A stretch of DNA of 30,648 bases from Candidatus Bathyarchaeia archaeon (GTDB lineage: Archaea > Thermoproteota > Bathyarchaeia > Bathyarchaeales > Bathycorpusculaceae). Below the pieces are notes generated by a model, which worked only from the letters and a program-made list of their open reading frames with translations, was not told the origin of the DNA and did no database searches. Below are positions 1-6,932 of this stretch, in pieces; the first letter of the stretch is position 1; every line of letters starts with the position of its first letter. Where the stretch lies: the NCBI GenBank assembly GCA_049969855.1, contig JBMFOB010000015.1, positions 1-30,648 of the forward strand. Direction: 5' to 3'. The position numbers and the translations under genes were made by a program.

Positions 1-234
1 ACCCGCTTTTTTAGCGGCCAAAAACCTTCGTTGTCCGCAGACTATTTCGTATTTGCCCGGCTCAGCTTTTGAAGCCCTAACGATCAAGGGCTCTAAGATT
101 GCGTTTTCTTTAACAGAGGCTGTAAGCTGCTCGATGTTCGCTTCGATGTCAGTGCGTATGCAGGAGGGCGGAGCTAAAATAGACTTTAAACTCAGAAACA
201 TGGATGTTTCATTTTTCTCTTCTGGTTTTTGCAT
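1..234 (-). CDS. ParB/Srx N-terminal domain protein (partial, runs off the window start)
   Basis: Hand translation from ATG at 234: MQKPEEKNETSMFLSLKSILAPPSCIRTDIEANIEQLTASVKENAILEPLIVRASKAEPGKYEIVCGQRRFLAAKKAG; has the PLIVR and YEIVxGxRR motifs; GGAGGG upstream; absent from the ORF track. Confidence 0.9.
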   Translation of the reverse strand, partial: MQKPEEKNETSMFLSLKSILAPPSCIRTDIEANIEQLTASVKENAILEPLIVRASKAEPGKYEIVCGQRRFLAAKKAG

Positions 235-325
235 TTTTCGCCCTCCTTTAGGGCGGAGCGTGAAGCTTTTAAGGGAAAAGGCGTCTAATCTTAAATGTTG
301 AATTGTGCAGTGGGATGGTCAAGGG

Positions 326-490
326 GTGGCAAAAAAGCACATAGTCCGTGTGGTTTTAAGCCCGCAACATAAGGAGTTACTGGACAAGATATGCTTGAAG
401 CTCGGGCAAAGCGAAAGTGAAACCCTGCGAATAGCATTCTTGCAATACGCAGAGAAACTGAACCTTTTAACGGAAAAAATCCATAGCTAA
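326..490 (+). CDS. Ribbon-helix-helix (CopG-like) DNA-binding protein
   Basis: VRVVLS strand followed by two helices with SESETLRIA turn; probable start GTG at 326 within ORF 305..490. Confidence 0.75.
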   Translation: MAKKHIVRVVLSPQHKELLDKICLKLGQSESETLRIAFLQYAEKLNLLTEKIHS

Positions 491-553
491 TATTGTTTTG
501 CTGTCATGATGTTGTCCTACTGGGTTTAGCACATTATAAGGTGGAAAGGATGA

Positions 554-705
554 GGTAAAGTTTACTTGAGCAACGAGCAGAATCGATTGCTGGAACGTAT
601 AGTTGAAAGGTTAGACATAGGGAAAGCCAAGTTCTACGCCAAGTCTTTATGGAGCATGTGAAAAGCATAAACCTCGTAGCAGAAAGGGTTCATGCCAACA
701 TTTAA
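554..705 (+). pseudogene. Frameshifted tandem paralog of the upstream RHH gene
   Basis: KVYLSNEQNRLLERIVERLDI, then a frameshift at the G run 620-622, then ESQVLRQVFMEHVKSINLVAERVHANI*; aligns by eye with 326..490; no in-frame start. Confidence 0.75.
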
Positions 706-724
706 AACGATCGATTTGATATAT

Positions 725-753
725 TCCACAGAATCCACAGAATAATTTATATA
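725..753 (+). promoter_or_regulatory. Tandem TCCACAGAA x2 immediately upstream of a TATA box (TTTATATA, 746-753)
   Basis: Exact 9-bp direct repeats at 725-733 and 734-742, about 50 bp upstream of ATG 802. Confidence 0.55.
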
Positions 754-801
754 TCTGAATCGGAGAGATGTCTACTGTGAAACAGACTTGGAGAATGTAG
801 T

Positions 802-1287
802 ATGGGAAAGAACGTAACCATATATCTTCCAGATGATGTAGCTGAAAAAATGGAAAAGTTCCCGGAAGTCAACTGGTCCGAGGTCTGCAGGCAGGCTATT
901 GTCGACTATATTGAAACAAGGTCACAGGTTGATTTAGGTCCGATAATTGAAAGGCTCAAGAAGGAGAGTGATGAACTTTACCGGAAAGGCCAAATATTCA
1001 TGTATAGCGAAGTCATCCCAAAACTTTCATGGGAAGATATCGAGTTTATGCGCAAATCTGTAGATGCACAACTACTATTTCAAGAAGCGCCGATCACGGG
1101 AGAAGGCCCGCTTGGTCAAGAGGGAGCAGAACAACTTGCAATTAGTAACATGGAGTTCCGTTTAAGCCGTTGGGCTAAACAAAACAACGTTAAACTTCCA
1201 AAATTGCCAGCTCTTTCGGCCGATTCCTTCTATAAGGGCGCAATAGACGTGCTGATGGAGGTATACAATCGAGTCAAAAAGAAATAG
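802..1287 (+). CDS. RHH-domain regulator with a C-terminal domain of unknown function
   Basis: N-terminal NVTIYLPDDV..MEKFPEVNWSEVCRQAI is the typical archaeal RHH pattern. Confidence 0.8.
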   Translation: MGKNVTIYLPDDVAEKMEKFPEVNWSEVCRQAIVDYIETRSQVDLGPIIERLKKESDELYRKGQIFMYSEVIPKLSWEDIEFMRKSVDAQLLFQEAPITGEGPLGQEGAEQLAISNMEFRLSRWAKQNNVKLPKLPALSADSFYKGAIDVLMEVYNRVKKK

Positions 1288-1365
1288 GAGGCAACTCCAA
1301 CGGGATTTATTGAAAAGAAAAGGAAGGCTCTGTTCATCAAAGGCTTTTTCAACGATGTCGAGAAG

Positions 1366-1548
1366 TTGATAAAAATTGCCAAAAGCGAAGCAGCAAAAAT
1401 GGGAATGAAGGGAAGAATAGCAGTTTTAGATATTGGGCACTACAACCCAGTATTTAACGGTCAAGCCGTGATAGTTGAGGAGCTTGGTGGCGAATATAAC
1501 GCTCAAGGTGGCGGGAGCAAGAGCCACGAAAAAATAAATGAAAATTGA
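1366..1548 (+). CDS. Hypothetical protein, in the same frame as 802..1287
   Basis: Open frame from 1288 to 1548; TTG start uncertain. Confidence 0.4.
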   Translation: MIKIAKSEAAKMGMKGRIAVLDIGHYNPVFNGQAVIVEELGGEYNAQGGGSKSHEKINEN

Positions 1549-1972
1549 AAGGCTTCGTGTAGGGAAGGGCAGAACCAGTCATCATGATGACGATGAGTGG
1601 ATAAAGGAGTATTACGAATTAGAAGTAGCCATCGAAGATACCTCTGAAATTGAGATTGCCAAAGCAAACTTAAGAGGCCTTATCGATGGATGGCTAAGTA
1701 AAACAAACCAAAAACCACCCGGCCATGTAAGCCGTGACGTTGATAAAATTGAAAGAGAAACACTTTCATGGAATCCGGAGAGAATTATTTGGGAAAAAAC
1801 TCAAGGTGATAAAGGTCCTTACGAAAGAAGCAGCGACATAAACAATCCAGAATTTAAGGTAATGCTCAAAGATTTAGCAGCACACAATGGCAAACTTACA
1901 AAAGATGAATATTTCTACTGGACTTTTAAAGATGGAGCCACGGTAGGACGTAAAAAGCGACATAAAAATTAA
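1538..1972 (+). CDS. Hypothetical element protein
   Basis: 144-aa ORF co-oriented with, and directly upstream of, the Rep gene. Confidence 0.75.
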   Translation: MKIERLRVGKGRTSHHDDDEWIKEYYELEVAIEDTSEIEIAKANLRGLIDGWLSKTNQKPPGHVSRDVDKIERETLSWNPERIIWEKTQGDKGPYERSSDINNPEFKVMLKDLAAHNGKLTKDEYFYWTFKDGATVGRKKRHKN

Positions 1973-1988
1973 AGGATAAAAGCTCCTT

Positions 1989-4520
1989 ATGTTGACTGAA
2001 GAGCTTAAGGCTTCAGCAAAAAAGTATTGGAGCCAAGGTCTAAACATCGTTGTCTTAAATGGCAAAAAGCCATTGCATGAGTGGACCAGGTGGCAAACGG
2101 AAAAACAAAACGAAACAGATTTCGAGGCATTACCTTGGGAGAAAGCAGACGGCTTCGCCCTAATTTGCGGTCGACAACTCGCCAATGGATTATTTTTCGG
2201 AGCTATCGATTTTGACATAAAAAACTTGCCATGTGAAATCATTGAAAAAGGTAGGCAGGCATTAAAGAAATTTCCAATAACACAGATTGAGGAGACACCT
2301 TCAGGCGGGCAACATTGGATTTACCTAAGCCAAACAAAACCAAAAACGGTTAGCGCATATCATAACTCCGCTGCCTTAGAGCTTATTGGAGAGGGCAAAC
2401 TCTGCATAATGGCTCCGTCAGATGGATACAAACGCTTAAACGATAACACGCCAACAACTGTGCAAAACTTAGAGGAACTCTTTTATCGAGCTTTAAGGGC
2501 AGTTGGCGTGAAAATCCCAGTAGAATCATCATCTAAGCGTTTTTGGTTTAACCGTGAAGATTTAGCAAATCAGCAATATAAAGGTAAAAATCCTCCATGC
2601 ATAAGCAACCTTTTCAAGGGAACATGCGAGGGACAGCGAAACGATTACGCCATAAGAATTGCAAGCTTCCTAATCAACTTTAGAGGTTTAAACCCAAACT
2701 ATGCTTTCAAAAGGCTTAAGGAATGGAACCGATTTAATAGTCCACCACTTAGCGAGAAGGAGCTTGAAAACGTTGTTAAAAGTGCAGTTAAGGGCTGTTA
2801 TGTTTATGGCTGTGAAGACGATATCCTAAAGCGTAACTGCAACACTGAAGAGTGCCCAATTGCTCCAAAAACGAAACAGCTAACAGCTGAAGAGAAGGAA
2901 AAAGCCGAAGCCTTGCTTAAAGAACCACGTTTCTTGGACTACGTTGTGAATTATGGAAGGAAAAGGGTTCTCGGAGAAGATAACGCCCTAATACTCAATT
3001 TTGTAGCGTTATGTAGCGGACAAACACTATATCCAATATCCACGATTCTTTCTGGTTTTAGCGGAAGCGGCAAAAATGAATCATTAAGAGCTGTAAAGCC
3101 TCTAATTCCAGAAGAGTGGATTTTCGAATTCACAACATCAACACCTGAGGCGATAAAATACATCGGAGAAGATTTCAGCGGAACACTCATAATCTATGAA
3201 GCTGAGGGGGTTAAGGGCGAAACTGGAAGTTTGAGTCTGAGAGCAATAGGCGAAGGTAAGTCCATAGAGACGATTTACCCGATGCGGAACGAGCTAACGG
3301 GCAAAATGGAATTGGGCAAAGCAAAAACTAAGGCTCGCAATTTCATAACGACGCAAAGTGATTTAGACATACACCCAGATCTCTACCGCAGAGTTTTCAA
3401 ATATGAAATGGACCATAGCCTTACTCTTACTAAACGCGTTTTGGCAAAGAAGCTTCGCGATGCCATCCTCCCACCCAGCCTAAAAGACATTATTATGGAG
3501 AAAGAAAACTACACAACTTATAGTGAAGACGACTTTAAGAATGCTTTAAGGCTTAATGACTGGAAAGCCGAAGTGATAGTTTTTCCGCCCTCCAGCCTTT
3601 TACGCCTCTTAGCTTTGGCTGTTACAAAAGAACAGAAGGTTGCCCTACGCACCCATGTTGAAAAGATACTAAATTTTGTTCGGGTCTTAGCCCTAATAAA
3701 CCAGAAAAGGCGCTTAAGACTTAAAGTTGAAGGTAAAAGCTACGTCGTAGCCTCACCTGACGACTTCTATACAGCGTTAAATGTTTTGCAGACAACGATT
3801 AAAGAAACTGTAACAAGATTGGGAAAACGGCAACAAGAAGTTTTAAGCCTATTCGAAGAGAACGACACTTTAGATAAACACAAGGTTGCTGAAAAATTAG
3901 GCATTTCGACAGATACAGCTGCTAAAGCCTTAAAATCTCTCGCGAAAACGGGCTACCTTAAAGAAGACACAAATGCAAAACCATACGCTTACGAACTATT
4001 GCAAAAGGAGCCTAACCCGCTCGGAATTTTAGATAACCCCAACGGATATAACCTTTTTTGGCAAGAAAGCCTTGAAAGATTCCTAAAACACACCTCTACA
4101 ACTCTGCAAAACAAGGGCATAATTTTCCAAATTTTAAAACCAGAGATAGAAGACGTGAACCTTGTTCCCACCGAATTAAAGGCTGGGAACACGGAAATAA
4201 GCCAGAATCTTGAACTTCATCAAGAGAAAACAATATCACTCGACTACCAAGCTGCAGATGTGCCACCTGAGGCTGATATTGGCTTTCCCGCTGAAAACAG
4301 CCAAAAACAACTGGGATTTTCAAATATTCCGAGAGAGAAAAACCTGTTTTTGTGCCATAAGGTCCCTCCTGCGGAAAAGTGTGAACAGTGTGGACAGCTT
4401 GCCGTTGAGTGGGAGATAAAGACACCTGAAGGCGGCATACTGAGGCGGTGCGATCATTGCTTTTTCAAGCTACGCCAAAAAATGCCTAACACAGATTGGA
4501 CGGAGCTGAACAAACAATGA
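1989..4520 (+). CDS. Replication protein: bifunctional primase-polymerase + PriCT-1-like domain + P-loop NTPase (putative helicase) + winged helix + C-terminal Zn finger
   Basis: AIDFD and ETPSGGQH AEP motifs; GQRND..EWN..NSPPL PriCT-1 pattern; Walker A GFSGSGKN; Walker B LIIYE; HTH VAEKLGISTDTAAKALKSL; CEQC..CDHC. Confidence 0.88.
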   Translation: MLTEELKASAKKYWSQGLNIVVLNGKKPLHEWTRWQTEKQNETDFEALPWEKADGFALICGRQLANGLFFGAIDFDIKNLPCEIIEKGRQALKKFPITQIEETPSGGQHWIYLSQTKPKTVSAYHNSAALELIGEGKLCIMAPSDGYKRLNDNTPTTVQNLEELFYRALRAVGVKIPVESSSKRFWFNREDLANQQYKGKNPPCISNLFKGTCEGQRNDYAIRIASFLINFRGLNPNYAFKRLKEWNRFNSPPLSEKELENVVKSAVKGCYVYGCEDDILKRNCNTEECPIAPKTKQLTAEEKEKAEALLKEPRFLDYVVNYGRKRVLGEDNALILNFVALCSGQTLYPISTILSGFSGSGKNESLRAVKPLIPEEWIFEFTTSTPEAIKYIGEDFSGTLIIYEAEGVKGETGSLSLRAIGEGKSIETIYPMRNELTGKMELGKAKTKARNFITTQSDLDIHPDLYRRVFKYEMDHSLTLTKRVLAKKLRDAILPPSLKDIIMEKENYTTYSEDDFKNALRLNDWKAEVIVFPPSSLLRLLALAVTKEQKVALRTHVEKILNFVRVLALINQKRRLRLKVEGKSYVVASPDDFYTALNVLQTTIKETVTRLGKRQQEVLSLFEENDTLDKHKVAEKLGISTDTAAKALKSLAKTGYLKEDTNAKPYAYELLQKEPNPLGILDNPNGYNLFWQESLERFLKHTSTTLQNKGIIFQILKPEIEDVNLVPTELKAGNTEISQNLELHQEKTISLDYQAADVPPEADIGFPAENSQKQLGFSNIPREKNLFLCHKVPPAEKCEQCGQLAVEWEIKTPEGGILRRCDHCFFKLRQKMPNTDWTELNKQ

Positions 4521-4538
4521 TAGGAGGCTGAGCAACTT

Positions 4539-4832
4539 ATGGCTGAAAGCCTGAAGGAGGCCGTATCTTTTAAGCTGGCTGAGCCTAAAAGCCTCACCTT
4601 TGACACGCAGCAGCTTCGAAGAAAGCTTATTCAAAATCTGCAGGAGCTCTTTGAAATTGTTAGCAAATGGACTGAAGGAGGCGACGCTGAAGCCATAAGG
4701 ATCGCGGGCTACATATCCCAAGCTTTGAACAATATTGCAAAGAGCTATGAGGAAAGAGAGTTAAACGAAGACCTCAAGGAACTTGAAAGGCTTACTCAAT
4801 CGGCTAAAGCGCTTGAGAGAAAACCAATGTAG
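4539..4832 (+). CDS. Hypothetical helical protein
   Basis: 97-aa ORF with GGAGG upstream, tightly packed in the operon. Confidence 0.7.
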   Translation: MAESLKEAVSFKLAEPKSLTFDTQQLRRKLIQNLQELFEIVSKWTEGGDAEAIRIAGYISQALNNIAKSYEERELNEDLKELERLTQSAKALERKPM

Positions 4833-4844
4833 GGGGAAGGGGGT

Positions 4845-5054
4845 TTGAAATTAGGCCCTCAAACTTTTGAGCAGCTAAACGGGCGAAGGCAGTTCAAGCT
4901 TTTCCTCAATCCAGCGGTTTATAAGGCCTTCATGTTGAGGTGCAAAATAGAAAAACGCAAACCTAACATTATTGTTGAAAGCTTCATGATAGTATGCCTC
5001 GAAAATCCCATGGTTATCAACCTAATCGAAAGGCTTTCAAAACCAAAAATGTGA
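4845..5054 (+). CDS. Small basic protein, possibly RHH-like
   Basis: FKLFLNPAVYKAF strand-helix pattern; purine-rich RBS; directly upstream of the integrase. Confidence 0.6.
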   Translation: MKLGPQTFEQLNGRRQFKLFLNPAVYKAFMLRCKIEKRKPNIIVESFMIVCLENPMVINLIERLSKPKM

Positions 5055-5067
5055 AGGCTGGACAAGA

Positions 5068-6327
5068 GTGCAGGAGACTTCGAAAGCTGCGCCACGACTT
5101 AAATGTCCGCAATGCGGCTCAGAAAGGCTATATAAAGATGGCCTGCGCTATTTAGCTGAAGGCTCAATCATTCAACGCCATTTATGCAGAAACTGCGGAT
5201 ACCGCTTCAGCGAAACCACTTTTAACAATCCAAACAAGTCTCAACGTGTTGAGAATGTTGATGGGCAGATTTTAAATTCGCCAAATGCCATACCTACTAA
5301 CTGCCAAGGGAGCCGTGAGGCGTTAAGCGGAGCATCCACTGGCCAGCAAAGGCTGGTGCAAACCTTGGCCGAAGTGGAACCCCGAATTAGAGAGGCTCAG
5401 CGGGAGGGCACACTGCAATCAGCAGATATCAAGGGTCAACTAATCGAATATATCTGGTATATGAAGAAGAAGGGCTATGCCGAAAGCACAATTAAAGGCA
5501 GATTAAAACTCATAAAGAGACTAATAAATTTGGGGGCAGACTTAGGCAATCCTGAAGAAGTTAAAAGGATCATCGCGTTACAATCTTGGTGCGAAGGAAG
5601 AAAATCAAATGCATGTGACGCCTACACGACATTCCTTGGAATGCAGGGGAAATCATGGGAGCGTCCGTTTTACAAAGGCATACAGAAACTGCCTTTCATA
5701 CCTCAAGAGTCAGAAATCGACCAGCTTATAGCAGGCTGCAGTCCAAGAATGGCTTGCTTCCTCCAATTACTCAAAGAAACAGGCATGCGACCAGGAGAAG
5801 CATGGCAACTCCAATGGACAGATATAGACACAGCCACAAGAACCATTCGTATAACTCCAGAAAAAGGATCAAACCCAAGAATATTTCACATTAGCTCAAA
5901 ACTTGCAGCTATGCTTGAAAATCTCCCGAGAAAGTATGGGAACAGAATATTTTCAGCTCCAGGCATGCGCTTAGACCATCATAACGACCACTTCGTCCAG
6001 CAAAGAAAAAGAATAGCCCACAAACTAAAAAACCCGAGAATACTGCAAATAACCTTTAAGACATTCCGCCATTGGAAAGCCACAATGGAATATCACAGAA
6101 CAAAGGACATCCTACACGTCAAACACATTCTCGGCCATAAAAACATAAACAACACACTGATTTACATTACTTTAGCTGAAGAACTCTTCAAAGACAAGCA
6201 GGAATACATTTCAAAAGTTGCAAAAAATGTCAAAGAAGCCTGCGCCCTCATAGAGGCAGGCTTTGAATATGTAACGGGCGAATACAATGATGGAGGAAAA
6301 ATCTTTAGAAAGCCAAAATACACTTAA
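5068..6327 (+). CDS. Tyrosine recombinase/integrase with N-terminal Zn ribbon
   Basis: ETGMRPGE (R), EKG (K), KTFRH (H/K-x-x-R), ILGH and LIY (Tyr); N-terminal CPQC..QRHLCRNCG; converges on a tRNA 3' end. Confidence 0.95.
   Translation: MQETSKAAPRLKCPQCGSERLYKDGLRYLAEGSIIQRHLCRNCGYRFSETTFNNPNKSQRVENVDGQILNSPNAIPTNCQGSREALSGASTGQQRLVQTLAEVEPRIREAQREGTLQSADIKGQLIEYIWYMKKKGYAESTIKGRLKLIKRLINLGADLGNPEEVKRIIALQSWCEGRKSNACDAYTTFLGMQGKSWERPFYKGIQKLPFIPQESEIDQLIAGCSPRMACFLQLLKETGMRPGEAWQLQWTDIDTATRTIRITPEKGSNPRIFHISSKLAAMLENLPRKYGNRIFSAPGMRLDHHNDHFVQQRKRIAHKLKNPRILQITFKTFRHWKATMEYHRTKDILHVKHILGHKNINNTLIYITLAEELFKDKQEYISKVAKNVKEACALIEAGFEYVTGEYNDGGKIFRKPKYT
5239..5369 (+). promoter_or_regulatory. Putative internal promoter with operator and structured 5' leader inside the integrase ORF
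   Basis: TCTCAAC-GT-GTTGAGA palindrome 5239-5254; TTTTAAAT 5270-5277; stem GCCAAGG (5303-5309)/CCTTGGC (5363-5369) enclosing two hairpins and covering an in-frame TTG at 5365. Confidence 0.55.
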
Positions 6328-6368
6328 CATCGCCATTACAAACCCCCCGGCATTTTTCACGTATATAG

Positions 6369-6483
6369 TGCGGGGGGTGGGATTCGAACCCACGGAGGCC
6401 TACGCCAGAGGATCTTAAGTCCTCCCCCTTGTCTTAGGCTTTCTGGCCCACTGCCTATTTAGACCTGGCTCGGGTACCCCCGC
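6369..6483 (-). tRNA. tRNA-Leu(TAA) with a 30-nt intron at position 22/23 (intron 6429-6458)
   Basis: Acceptor GCGGGGG/CCCCCGC, anticodon arm GAGGA-CTTAAGA-TCCTC, long variable arm, TTCGAAT T-loop; BHB-like GTCT/AGAC helix with 3-nt bulges. Confidence 0.95.
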
Positions 6484-6569
6484 ACAGTTATTTTGAGATG
6501 ATGTTGTGCAGTTTAAGTCTTTTGTGGAATGCATTAAGTTAAAATCTGCATTTTGTTATTTTATTGTTT

Positions 6570-6644
6570 GGGCGGGTAGCCTAGTACGGATAGGGCGCAA
6601 GCCTCCTAAGCTTGTGGTCGTGGGTTCAAATCCCACCCCGCCCG
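6570..6644 (+). tRNA. tRNA-Arg(CCT)
   Basis: GGGCGGG/CCCGCCC acceptor, CAAGC-CTCCTAA-GCTTG anticodon arm, GTGGG-TTCAAAT-CCCAC T arm. Confidence 0.97.
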
Positions 6645-6932
6645 TCTATAAACCAAAAAGTGAAAGTTCTCCAGTATTTTAAGTTGTATCAAGCATTTCT
6701 CTTTGTGGCGTATGAGCCTGTTAGTAAAGCGTGTTGCTTAGCGCATTGATTCTGTTCGCTTAAGAAACAAAGGAATGCATACAAATTATTTTTAATTTAC
6801 AAGTCATTAAAGGCCTTTCACTAGCCATCATGTTTTCTCTTACCACGAACCGAATGTTTATTAAATCATCTGAACATGCTCACACTTGTTTGATGGAACG
6901 CTGTGCGGATATTAGATGCTTAGGCGAAATTT

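Larger units (their letters stand above)
1..6368. mobile_element. Integrated plasmid/provirus-like element, right-hand part, inserted at the 3' end of tRNA-Leu(TAA); left boundary lies outside the window
   Basis: ParB-domain gene, RHH regulators, primase-polymerase/NTPase Rep and tyrosine integrase; the integrase stop (6327) is 41 bp from the tRNA 3' end (6369). Confidence 0.85.

Noticed and set aside
53-301. 82-aa plus-strand ORF
   Set aside because: Shadow of the minus-strand ParB-domain gene
1285-1287. Genome-wide amber (pyrrolysine) recoding
   Set aside because: Several conserved genes here end properly at TAG (19623, 26275, mpg), and no pyl genes are in the window
5303-5369. Assigning the structured leader to a known ribozyme class (hammerhead or pistol)
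   Set aside because: No CUGANGA/GAAA core; the pistol-like order of elements lacks a convincing pseudoknot and conserved core, so it is left unclassified
1-6368. Second att copy of the tRNA-Leu 3' end within the window
   Set aside because: No direct repeat seen by eye; the element evidently continues left of base 1
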